A stretch of DNA of 64,000 bases from Euprymna scolopes (lineage: Eukaryota). The translations under genes were made by a program, and so were the position numbers. The notes below the pieces were generated by a model. The model was not told the DNA's origin. It made no database searches and saw only the letters and a list, made by a program, of their open reading frames with translations. Location: the NCBI GenBank assembly GCA_053919585.1, contig CM132813.1, one strand, 5' to 3'. Positions 10,757 through 23,502 of the stretch are shown here, piece by piece; the stretch's first letter is position 1; each line of letters begins with the position of its first letter.

Positions 10757-13700
10757 ATTTTGTTTGTTCTTCCTTGTGAAACCGATTCCTGTTTAAAAAT
10801 GTTTAAAAAAAAAAAAGATGATACTAAACAAATAGCGGAGTCAGCTGACCGGTTTCGCTTTCGTTTTATCAAAGCTCTATCGAGGGATTTGTTTAGAGAA
10901 AAAAGAACACGAATGGGAATCGAGAATATGTACCAATAAAATCACGTTGTGTTACGTAATGTAAGGGGAAAATGCGGGAAAGACATTGAAAAACTGCAAC
11001 GTTATATTACTCGAAGTTCCTAGAGACTAATCACGCTCAAACCTACGAAACATTCCGTTTACAGATGAAAATACCTTCTCAACAGAACGTGAACAGTCTC
11101 CCAGATATTTAAATGAAATAATAAGTAAGCATGACTCAGCATGTAAAAAGGATTCGTGCTAAAGTTGTCTGCGCAAGATGTTTTTTTTTATTATAAAATG
11201 TTAGTAATTGAAGACCCGTATGTATCGGCAATTACCTCTGTTTTTATGTATGTCACATTTCTGATTTGTGTAAGTTCGAGTTGTGGGAATCTTCGATTGT
11301 GTTTGTGTTTATCGGATTTTTGGATGTATATGTGTTTGCTTTTACTATTATATCAGAAACTCCAAGACGTTATTTTATGCATTTCATAAAATCTTTTGTA
11401 GTGTGTTGATTGAGTTTGTAGAAAGCCAGGATATTGTTTAAGTTTAAGGGTCAGCGTTTGCTATTATTTATTATTGCTGTTTAAAGTATGCTGTTTAACT
11501 ATTTCAAAAATCCATGCACTTGCATGAAATATATTTACAATTTTTCTGTGTATACATTGTATTAATTAAAAGAGGGGATGATATTCCACGCGTTTACATC
11601 GTAGATTTTTTCATGTAGGGCAGTTACACTCATGTCGCATTACGGGACTATCCACGGGTATATTCCTTATGAATGTGAGCCACCATCGGCATCATAGTTT
11701 TATAAATATTTGTAACATCAAACAGTTTATTAATAATATGATTCCGTAATAATTAAACTTAACGTTTAATAATATATTATTAAACGGTAAGTTAAATTAT
11801 TACGATATTGCGAACATTAAATTAGCACTAAATTAATAATGATTTGATATGAAATTAGTTTATTTAATCATTTAACGATATAACAGTAAATATCTTTAAA
11901 TTTCCATATTATTTAGATAAACTTGGTAGACGAATACAATCGAAAAGGCGAAATTAAGACGAGCGCTATCAACAATGATTACATTTGTAATTGAGAAAAT
12001 CTTTCTCAAGAGACACTAAAATATGATGTGACGTGAGGGAATCTTTTTTTATGTGACTATTAATCCGTTGCGGATCTTTTATCAAACATTAAATATTTTA
12101 TTGGCGAAATGTTGTATGAATTATTTTCGCATAAAAACGAATGCAATATTTATAGCTTTGATAAAATGATATTAAGCATTAACATATGATAGACTGATTC
12201 AATTATAAATGCATAACTGTCCTTATAAAAACTATTTGAATGGTTTCATTCGGAGGAGACCTTATCGAAGATAAGCAAATACGTAAGACGAAAGGGTTAC
12301 GGGGTCATTATGCTTCGGATATTTTCGTTAAAATCCGTTTAGCATACGTTGTAGCTGATAATGCATTGTTTACACACGATTAGAGTAAAAACTGATTACA
12401 CAAACGACAGAATGGGCTATTCGAGCGCAAATATACTTTGACATACTGTGCTTAATCATGTCATTAGGTCCATTAATTACTTATTAATAAACTATCGAGC
12501 ATTTCATGGTAAACTGCATAAAGACCTTAAGATATCGCGACAAGATTATTAAGTTATTACATTTCTTCAAATATTATGCTGAAAGATCATCGTTTTAACA
12601 CTCAAACATCAGCAAATTATTCATGGGTAAAACAAACATTTCAGTTAATTATTGACTTGCAAATTAAGCTTCAATCATAATAGTCCAAGTGTCCAATGTG
12701 GTATAATGGATTATGTATACATTGCCATATCTAAATTAACATAGCGCAATACTTTGCTAGTCCTAAAATAGTATTAAATATATATTTATGGCAATCCTGC
12801 TACATGGAAACATTAAACAATCAGATAAAATTTTTGTTAATAAATATTTTGCTATAAAATATAAAAAAAATATAAAATAAAATAAATAAAATTATTTGCA
12901 GTCCTTTAAAGGAAGGTTTTTGTTATTTGTAATTATTTACATTTGTATTTTTCCGATTTAATTGTTTTTAAAGCGTCTGTTACGACGCTCGACTTAAACC
13001 GATGATTGCCGGTCTTATCCGATCAATGACTGACCGGAATTTCCGAGAATCCGGGTAAAAATTATGCAAGGGTATCGAATATTTAAAAATAAAGCAAAAT
13101 ATCTTTCTGTCTACACGAAATTATTTTTCACGCAAGGAACATCGTGCGATTACCAAATTAATGCGAATATTTTTTTTTTATCTTTCGAACTTCCGAACAT
13201 ATAAAAAACCATCAGGGGAAATAACTCTACTCGTTACATATAAAAATCGATGTCGGAAGTAATACTTTAAAATAAATTTAATTAAATATATTATCAATAT
13301 AATTGTTATTTAGAGTTGATGAAATAACAATTTTAAATATAACACTTAAAACAACTCTTCCCTAGAAACTTAAACTAACATACAGCTATCCATAACAATT
13401 TATTTTCCTTAATATAATAGACAAATGAGGTGACCTCTTAATCGTATATTTTTAAAGAATCATACTATATAAAGAAATAAATGAAATACTAAACTAACAG
13501 ACATTTTGTATATATTAATCAAAATGTAAACAAACAAAAACAAACAAATAGACAGGAATACGACTTGTAATATATATTTATGTATATATATATATATATA
13601 TATATAGATATATATGCTTTTAATTTATTCACCCGAATTTCTTTTTTTTTTTAAATGTGGATGGTATTTATTATAGAGGTCGTATTCTGTATACAACCTA

Positions 13701-14100
13701 TCTTCCGTTGCGACTTCTTTACATTATCTAGGTTTCAATTGTTATCTGCCAATAACCACTGTACATTGCTGCATTGTATGCCGTCAAAAATATATTTTAT
13801 CCATTGGCAATGCTTAAAGCGAACAATGCCACACTTCTTAAGCAATAAATGATGTGTTTGTATTTTTTAAACAGGATAGAGAAACACATCAAGGCGGATT
13901 GCTGTACTACTTTATTAATGTGGTGTATATTTAGCATCACTTTTATGCGTAGTTTTTACAAAATGATTTGCGTACAATAAGAGGAAATGGAATAATCAGA
14001 TGTATAAACATCGAAAAAACCATAATCACACATGCATACATTTGGAAAAAACATAATAATCTCATATTTTTACATTTGGAAAAAAAAAACATAATCTCAT

Positions 14101-14417
14101 TAGTAAGTGTCTGTATTTTTTAGATGAGGTGTTTTCATTGATTGAGATTGTCGGACTGACTTCCTCATCTTGGTTGTTATAGTCACAACGTTTCGGCCGG
14201 TTTGCCCTCCGGCCTTCATCGGGTGTTTTGTATCGAACTGAGGAACCGTTTGTTAGGAGTCTCGAACCGAACCCTTTATCATAATTATTACGGGGATACC
14301 GTGTTCGGACGCCAGCTAGGCTCTGGGACATAGTTGCTCATTCTCTGTTCAGAACGACAGAAACGTTGTGACTATAACAACCAAGATGAGGAAGTCAGTC
14401 CGACAATCTCAATCAAC
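14101..14417. mobile_element. PLE-derived non-autonomous insertion with inverted arms, target-site duplication and near-intact HHR
   Basis: Perfect 57-bp inverted arms 14138-14194 and 14360-14416; 11-bp direct repeat cataatctcat at 14090-14100 and 14418-14428; minus-strand CAC-CCGAUGA-A-GGCCGG..CCGGCC-GAAAC-GUU-GUG at about 14184-14225. Confidence 0.8.
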
Positions 14418-15500
14418 CATAATCTCATATTTATACAGTTGGAAATAGTATTAATTGATGTCAATATTTCATAAAACAGGGCAATGCGGCAACATTTGTG
14501 TTCAAATTGTCTTTGTTTATTCTTATGAACTAAAAATGAATATCATTGTCTTTATATTTAAGTAAACAATTAAAATAGCAAATAGCTAAAAGTTGTGTTT
14601 TATGAAATTTACTTGTAAATAAGATAATTATTCCTATCATGAAAATATTTTGAAATTTAATTTTCAATTAACATGTTTTACAAATATGTCCTAGTATAAA
14701 AATACATACTTATAGCAAATTGAATTATGTATGTGAAACAGCTATTAAACCAAAAACGGTACATTTAAATATCTCCAATAATAATTCATTAAGGTTCATT
14801 AATTGGTATATAATACTTAAAATACAAAATTGTAAAAGGAATACAACTGTTACTGTACAACTGTACAAACTATACAACTGCACAATTGTAAAACAAATAC
14901 AAAAGAAATGTATGGTATTTTATGCATACGAAACGGTCCTAAAAGTAAGTTATATTCTGTTATCTGGCTGATAAGATTATACATTGCATTGTTAGTATAA
15001 CTGATGTAATGTATTCATCACCTCAAAGTTTTATCCCGATGTTGCAAATGTAAACGTTGTGAGACACAAACAAACCAATATTTAACATGCACGTAAGTTA
15101 GTAGAGTAGATGGGCATTACTTCCGCCACTCCGAAAAGTTTTACCGATGAGAATTAAGCAACGTTGTTTAACTTTTTCGAAGCCGATGCAGTTGGTTTCA
15201 GTAGAGTTAGGATGTTAATTTATCAATTTCAAAGTGGAATCATAGATGTTAGTCAAAAAGCGCGCTCCTGACATTACGACAGAGGCACCAGAACACGTTT
15301 TCAAGACTGCATTTTCAATAGTGGTGAATATGTAACTCAATATTTACTGGAGAAAAAAAAAGAGTCTGCCGTTTTTATTACACAACTACTGTCTTTGTAT
15401 ATAATTTACGTTTTTATTATTTTAAGTTATAAATAGCAGGCGTTTCTTTTGTAACGATGTTTGAATCACTCACATATGTGTGTATGTTTAAGTTTATATA

Positions 15501-15710
15501 CAGGGTGACCCACAAAAAATGGGCCACACTTATAATTAGGCCCCGCTTCTTAGTGTTTTGTCTGAATTAAATGAAACTTTGGTCATAAGTAGTGTATTAT
15601 ATTCAAAACATCACGTCAAAACACTAGGGCATTTGACCTTTCTTTTCTCCGTTCTACAGCATATGTTCTAAATGGCCTCCATTTAGCTTTTTTTTGGTGG
15701 GGGCACCCTG
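15501..15710. mobile_element. Tc1/mariner-type MITE (copy 1)
   Basis: TA|CAGGGTG...CACCCTG|TA ends, 210 bp, no ORF; second copy at 34607-34796. Confidence 0.85.
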
Positions 15711-16727
15711 TATTTGTATGTATAAATGTATGTATATTTTTAATTCATAAAGAGATATTATTATTATTTGACACTTCAGATATTTGATGTTTTACGTTTC
15801 AATGTTTATTAGTCGGTTTTAAATTTAGTAAATAATTAAAAGAGGATGTTTTTCAATTGATCACAATTTCAGGTATTATTTGTGATGAAAATAATAGGCT
15901 ACAGAACGTTCACTTACATTTGCAATAAAGTTGGGATGCATTGTAAAAAGCTACTAAGCAACATGGCTCGAATACGCGAGATTGTCTGCGTTATCACCTT
16001 TCTTACCGTTTCTTAAATCAGTTTTCGAAACGTATGTATATTCTAGAAGTTTAGCACCAATATATCATCCTTTGAGTGGGGTTTATGTTTTAAACGGATT
16101 AAACTTCATTACTGTTCATGGCAAGCCGCGTAGTTTTATAAGGAAGTATAAATATTAATTATACAAGCAGTGCATGATATTTCCGATTTTCGCTTATCTA
16201 GTATTGGTAAGATTAAACCTCGATCATCACGAGGGAACAAACAACAACAATGCGTTGTTGATGTCTGAATTTATGATCTTTTAGAGGCTCTCTCTTCTCG
16301 GTATTTAACTCACACACGGGTCTTTTAGAGCAGTTGCTTTTATGTAAGATAAGATTTTGTTTGCTATGTGTGTATATGTGTTTCCGTAGAAGGGGTTACC
16401 AGGCCATGATATTCTTGTGAGTTTCAATTTACGAATTTTTACCATTCCTACTACAACTGTGTTTTTATTTCTTTGGTTTCATTTAATTATGTCGTTTTTT
16501 TTTAATTTTGTTATTGCACTCGAGGGTATTATTTTCCACCAGTTATATACTAATATTTTGATCGCCGTTCACTTTACGGTAAAATTTGTTGCAATGAAAA
16601 TATAATATCCAACGGTTATCGAAATATAGAAATAGGACTGAGAATACAGAGAAGATTTTTGGTATTACACACAAGTGTTACTCACATTTTATTGTTCATA
16701 AGCTATGATTCATGTGAAAACGCATAG

Positions 16728-16729
<2 letters not shown>

Positions 16730-16765
<36 letters not shown>

Positions 16766-16803
16766 CATAATAATCATAATAATCATAATAATCATAATAA
16801 TAA
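16730..16803. repeat. (AAT)n microsatellite with AATCAT variant units
   Basis: Direct reading. Confidence 0.95.
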
Positions 16804-18769
16804 TTCTGATTTCGTTTATCAAGGTCTCTCTGGAAAGGTATGGGATTAATTTCCAGAGGATTCACCACAATCCCGGCTTCTATATACTTTATATACTATA
16901 TAATATATAACGTAAATAATATTATANNNNNNNNNNNNNNNNNNNNNNNNNNNNNNNNNNNNNNNNNNNNNNNNNNNNNNNNNNNNNNNNNNNNNNNNNN
17001 NNNNNNNNNNNNNNNNNNNNNNNNNNNNNNNNNNNNNNNNNNNNNNNNNNNNNNNNNNNNNNNNNNNNNNNNNNNNNNNNNNNNNNNNNNNNNNNNNNNN
17101 NNNNNNNNNNNNNNNNNNNNNNNNNNNNNNNNNNNNNNNNNNNNNNNNNNNNNNNACTCAGACTCAAAAAATACCACAATTGTGCTCAAAGGACAAGCTT
17201 TGATGACGGCATGTGTGACTCTTCCAAATGAATAAATAATAATACATTTCTGTATAAACTCGAATTGTGTTCTACATTTAAAACTTTGAATAGATCAATA
17301 TCTCATGAAACAGAAGTGTATGTATAATGTATTTCAATTATATTTTGTTTAGGAAAGTGTACTTGATTATGTAGAATAGAGAGGTATATTTAACGTTTAA
17401 CTTGAAGAATAAAATGCATACAGCTATTAGATATGTTAATGCAGTTGTATATACTCACTTTATATTTATACTAAATAGATAGATTCTGAAATATATATGC
17501 ACTCCACATGCGGTTTATTGTGTTTTATTGAAAGCAAATTTGTAAATACATATATTCTCTTTTGTGTAAGATTAAAATGAACCTTTATCGAAACATTGAT
17601 GTTCTATTTCTGTCCGCATTGGCTTTAATCTTCAAATGTGGCCAGTGTTCAAACCGCCATTAATTTAGTGTTATGTTCTCCATGTTTTGTTATTTGTACA
17701 AAAATAAAAGAGAAATAATCAATATTATCGATTGTTATAATAATGATCGATGCCGCCTTTGGACCTTTATGTAGAACTCTTATAAAGGGTTGTTTTCTAT
17801 TCTCGAATACTGTTAATAACGTCAACAGTTTTAAAGTACATTTTTGTATTAATATATCAAAGTAGATAATGTATTCGTCTATGCCAGATAGTTTGTCAAT
17901 AACCTGAAAGCGTAACTATTTGTATAATAATAAACTTGGATTGTGTGCTTGCCAACAATAATTAAAAAAAAAACGTATTCATTTGTTTAATATCAAAGAT
18001 GTTTTTTTTTTAATTATATTATACTTTTCTGTGTTATTACCTAGTTTTCATGACATAAGTTGTTACTTTTCCGTATAGAACGTTGAATAATCAATCTAGT
18101 TCAGGTTGCATCATATTTGTTCGCATAGTAAAGTTCTTATAGTTGGTACTGACATGATTCCTAAACGTGCGCACTCCACTCAAATCTTTAGTTATACATT
18201 ATGATAACTTCATCATTTGCCTCGTCTTATTTGTGTATCTAGAGAAATTTAACTTTAATTTTCTCTCTTCCAATTGCTAATCATTATTCCTATGAAGCTT
18301 TTCTTTCTTAAAGTTTTAGATAAGTGGACTATATTACTTTATATATAAACACGTGTTTCAGAACAAACGCCGACCCCAACGCTGTGTCGTGTATTTCTTC
18401 TCCCAAATATTGTCTACTGCTGTATCGACATCTATCGGTCTCAATCTTCTTTTCATTGTTCCTAACTAGCAAATCTTTTCCACTGTAAAATGGCGCATCA
18501 CGTAGAAAATTCACAACTTTCCATAACCATCGAAAACAGTCTGATCAGTTATTGCCACTCCTTAAAAAAATCCATAAACTAAACCTAAATATACATCCAT
18601 ATACTGTTCGGTCTTTTGTCCGCTATATTTTTATTAGCAATCGAATTACGCTTGTTTTCTGTAACTTAGAGAACAACTTCCTTTGAAATATTCTACTGAT
18701 AAACTTTTGTCTGCTATACATTTTCCTATTTGGGATCTATGTCAATGAAAGTTGATAATCTTGAAGAAT

Positions 18770-19818
18770 TTTACCAGAATCCGACGGATTTTTTTGTCAA
18801 TTATGGTAATTGCCCCACCGGCAATCACCGGAGTATGCTCAGCGCCGTTCAAATGTTGAAACATTAAATCATTATTTTGTGTTTTTCGTATAAAAATGTG
18901 TTTTTTTTAATTATCATTTGAGTGATAGGCGCATGTTTCTGTTTATTTTTAACAGTTGTTGACAAAAATAATTTGTCATTTTTCTTGAAAAATGTTCTGT
19001 ACAATTTACGGTTTACATAAAAAACATTCATATTTTATTAAGAAATCTTATGTTTACAAATAAAAAACGTTTACTGTCGATTTTCTTTTTAAAATGTAAG
19101 ATTTCTTGAAATAAAAACGGCTTTCTCCTAAAAAATTACGATTAAAAAACAACCTTCACATTTTTTTAAAATAAAATAACTTTTATTGAAAAGTAAAATT
19201 GAAAAAAAAAACAAATAACAAATAATAAATAATACAAAATTCAACTTTTCTTGAAAAGATAACTGTATATTCAGTAAATCTAAAGCAGGATTTTGTTATT
19301 TTTATTTATTCTTTTTCCAGTTTGTCCGGTTATTGTTTTTTTTAATTAGTGTGAGTCTGCTACTTTGCTCGGCTTAATGTGTTAATTGCAATCGAGCCTG
19401 AACCATAAATGACGAAAAATCCCGAAGATCTGGGTCAAATACTACAAGTGTCCAGAAAGTCCATAGTATCACATATCAATGGGACAGCTTTGGCCCCGTT
19501 GCTCTAAAGCATTGCTTTTCACTTCAATACACATATTATGTTGCTGTAAATTTCACTATGAATAAAAAAAAAACGTAGGCGATGTTTTTTTTTCGATTTT
19601 AATATTTGTTAAACCGTACTTTCTTTACTCTTAAAAAATGGCAATGATTATTGGAAAATATTAACTTATTGTTGATTCAAATATGTTTTGGTTTTTATAA
19701 TATTTTAGCTTTAACGATTTACATTGTCAATTTACAGATTTTTGTGACAATAATCTAGGAGAGTAAAACATTGATTGATCATTATTCATTCCAGCGCAAC
19801 GCCGGATTTCGCTGCTAG
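18770..19818 (+). mobile_element. Helitron-like non-autonomous element
   Basis: 3' end ccagcgcaacgccgg...gCTAG|T at 19815-19818. Internal segments resemble parts of 13000-13050 and 59690-59780. 5' boundary uncertain. Confidence 0.45.
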
Positions 19819-20463
19819 TATATCTATATGTGTGTATGTGTATATATAATATCCACCAATTGCAACAAAACCCTCATCAAATGATGACTATCAGTTCAGG
19901 TGTGGTTTCGGTTACGAAACATTACCACAAGCAATGACTCCCGATACCAACAGACGTTGTTAGATGTGGTCAAATCTGTGTTATTACCATATCGACGTTT
20001 TTACAGATTGATCCTTGTCCTCATTCCTACAGATGTTCTCGTTCAATACATTATTGATATCTTGCTCTCGTAGATCTTTTTATCTCTCCAACTTTCGTTG
20101 GTGTGCCAAGTCAAATCTTTTTCAAATCGAACCGTTTTTTCACCTTCAAATTTAGGCTCTAAATTACGATATGTCGTCGCTGGCTAGTAGCACAGTGTAG
20201 TTAAATGTAAGGGAATTTAGGAGGGGGCTTATTTTTTCTCTCTCGTATTTCCTCCTACGTATTAAGCGAGTGTATTGATATAATGCATATTGCTTTTGTT
20301 TTAGGATTTAAAAAAATCCCGTAGCTTTCAATGCAATTGAACAATTTCAGAAAGTTTGTTTTCTCATATTTGTAATCTCTCAGTTTGCAGACCGTAAATT
20401 AATTTGAAGGCGATATAATATTAATACTGTAATTTTAGTAGTTTTATTCATCGCATTTTCACA

Positions 20464-21685
20464 TCTATTAGTAAAACTTACCATCTGATTTCTGAATAAG
20501 TGTCATTTCCGTTCTTGTTCTTATGAAACTAAAGCACATTTAAATCTGGATTTATTACGAACAAAGTAGTAATAAACTTATGTTTATTACTACTTTTTTC
20601 GTAATAAATCCAGATTTAAATGTGATTTAGTTTTCATACCTTTATATTTCAAACGATAGAATCGTTAAGGTACAACTCTCATGTCTATGGTAAATTTTCC
20701 AGTTTTCACTTCTATTCCTTTGCCAAACCTAACTACAAATTTCTTTTAAAGCAAGGAGCCGTACCGTTTATTCTCTCAACATTCCAACATTTCCTTTCAA
20801 AATTCGCTCTTGCAGTCAATTTAAAACTAGGTTTGTGGTTGCGTCTGGAGTATTCACTCCTCGCGGGATAGCCAGTAAAGTAGTTTCTCCAATATGAACA
20901 CTTGGTCGATAATAATTATTCATCCATGCATATTAATTAGATTAAATGATTTCTGTTTAGTTCCGACGGGCTACCATTGCATCGAGGTCACTCGAAAATC
21001 ATTACTTCTTTGGAGTCGAAATGATAATTTACTGATATCATCTGATATTTAATAACAACTCGACAATTCTGTCATGTTCAATTGTTCTAGCTGGAGTAAA
21101 CACTATATTTACATTTACCACTTAACACGCACTCCGACAAGTTCAAAGGTTTTATACTGTAATTGTCTTAATAGCACATGACAGCCAACAAGTTTACATG
21201 TATGGAATCATAACACGGTTATTGGTACATTGAACTACGTTTAATAAGTGCTGGTATTTTATTTTTTTCATTAATTGAATGTTCAAATCTATTAGTAAAA
21301 CTTACCATCTGATTTCAAAATCAGTGTAATTTCCTTTCTTGTTCAGATGTTCTCTTTCCGTAAGAAATCCGGATTTAAATGAGTTTTTCTTTCAATACTT
21401 TATATTTCAAACGATAGATTCTTGTGTCATCGGTCAATTTTCCAGATTTCTTTTCTCCAGGTATGCCTATAGTTTTATCCTTTCCATTTATGTCTCTGAT
21501 AAATTTTCCAGATTTTTCGTCTCTTGTCAAACCTGAGTAACAATTTCTCTTAAAGCAAGGAACCGCACCGTTTATTAAAACGCTCTGTAATACTGTAATA
21601 GTGTGACTAGCACATGCCAGCCAACAAGTTTACACATATGGAATCATGGGACGATTGTTGCTCCCTTTTACTACGTTTAATGATA
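20464..21685. repeat. Imperfect local tandem duplication (about 20464-21250 versus 21288-21685)
   Basis: Shared blocks in the same order: tctattagtaaaacttaccatctgatttc, tttatatttcaaacgataga, aaagcaagga, tagcacatg.cagccaacaagtttaca. The second copy lacks an internal segment. Confidence 0.8.
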
Positions 21686-22278
21686 GGTTCATGAATATGT
21701 TGTGAGAGGTTTTCAGTAACTCTATCTGTACAACTTTAATTATGTTTATACGGTACTGGATTCTTTGGGCAGTGTTTAATTCAATATGACATAAGCAGTG
21801 TAATTGTAACTGCTACAATTTCCATTTAAGTTTACATGTATTGCTACAATTTCCATTTAAGTTATCCTCGTCTTTTTTCTAGTTAATTCGAACGTTCTTC
21901 GAACGTGGCGTTGTTTAACTAAATTAAAACATGTTGCGTATTTCTCTGAGTAATAATAATAAATAAAATATGTTACAATCCAACTCTGAAGTGAATGCAC
22001 TCGACTGACAACACCTGCAATTCAATGAAGAAATACAGTGTTTTATTTTTTGAAGACAAAACCTGCAATTCAATGAAGAATAGGGTGTTTTATTCATATA
22101 TGCAATTTAGTAAATTAATGAGAAAAAATTGGTTAAGGTGTGGAATTGATGTGTATTACTGGGTTAGATGAGTTGAGATAGAAATAACATTTTTTCTTGA
22201 ATGTAATTAAAAGATACAATACACACACGTAAAAACACACGCATACCCAAATACACACATGTGTGCATATATATGCGT

Positions 22279-22318
<40 letters not shown>

Positions 22319-22861
22319 GGACAAGTAGTTAATAATACATCTTAATAAACACTTTGAAAAAATACTCTCCTTCAAATTAGAGGTTAGGATTTAGCTAAAT
22401 GCGGAATAGGATTTTTCTTGCAAAAGTATTTGATGAAACTACAAGTCATACATTTTACTTTGAAACAAATAGTGAAGGAGAGGGAATGGGGGGGAAGGAA
22501 AATGTTATTTCACGTGAACGGATAGTCTGGTGAAAAGTAAAATATCCAATAACGGTAAAATCTTAAAATGAAAATCCAAAAAAGTTGGTTAAGTTTCCTT
22601 TTCCACAAGTAAAATCCAAGGGAATCGCGTAATTGGAAGATGGTCCAATTTAATTCAAAATCTGTGGAATAATTCAGAAATGGAGGCAAGGAAAAGATGT
22701 GCGTAGAAAAATAATTTAAATCGACTGTCAAGGNNNNNNNNNNNNNNNNNNNNNNNNNNNNNNNNNNNNNNNNNNNNNNNNNNNNNNNNNNNNNNNNNNN
22801 NNNNNNNNNNNNNNNNNNNNNNNNNNNNNNNNNNNNNNNNNNNNNNNNNNNNNNNNNNNNN

Positions 22862-23304
22862 TAAATTCTGAAAACAGCAACCTAAAGACACATATATTCG
22901 ATTTAAGAATGTATTGTTTGATAAAAGGAATACATATAAAGGGTTATGTTAATTTCCTTAATCCATATATATGAAATGCGGTTCGCATTTTTTTCCATAT
23001 AAATATCCATAACCACTCAAAAATCTATTTTCAATAATTGTGCTGAAAAGCAAAATAAGCGTCCATTCGCTAACATTTTGCTAACCGCATTTCATTTTCT
23101 CTGATGATATGCGCCATTATTGAAAATCCATAGATTAAGGAAATTAACATTACCCCTTCTATATATTCCTTTGTCAAACAATAAATTCTTAAAGCGAATA
23201 TATGTGTCTATATGTTGTTTTTTCAGAATTTAAAATTTAACCACCAAACTTATATATTGCTCTATTCTTAAATATTTAGCTGTTCCTTTTTGGCTAGGAT
23301 CACC
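22862..23304. mobile_element. Fold-back MITE, probably Tc1/mariner-derived; left end in gap
   Basis: About 100-bp imperfect inverted arms 22862-22963 and 23133-23232. The right end ggatcacc resembles a CAGGGTGATCC-type TIR. Confidence 0.65.
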
Positions 23305-23502
23305 TTTACAGTATTACTTCAAGTATGAGCATTTATATGTAAAGTATTACTTCAAGTATCATCTGAATTCTATNNNNNNNNNNNNNNNNNNNNNNNNNNN
23401 NNNNNNNNNNNNNNNNNNNNNNNNNNNNNNNNNNNNNNNNNNNNNNNNNNNNNNNNNNNNNNNNNNNNNNNNNNNNNNNNNNNNNNNNNNNNNNNNNNNN
23501 NN

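Noticed and set aside
16840-17235. ORFs containing long X runs (also near 22.7, 29-30.7, 32.4, 34.1, 50.6 and 52 kb)
   Set aside because: Artefacts of translating through N gaps.
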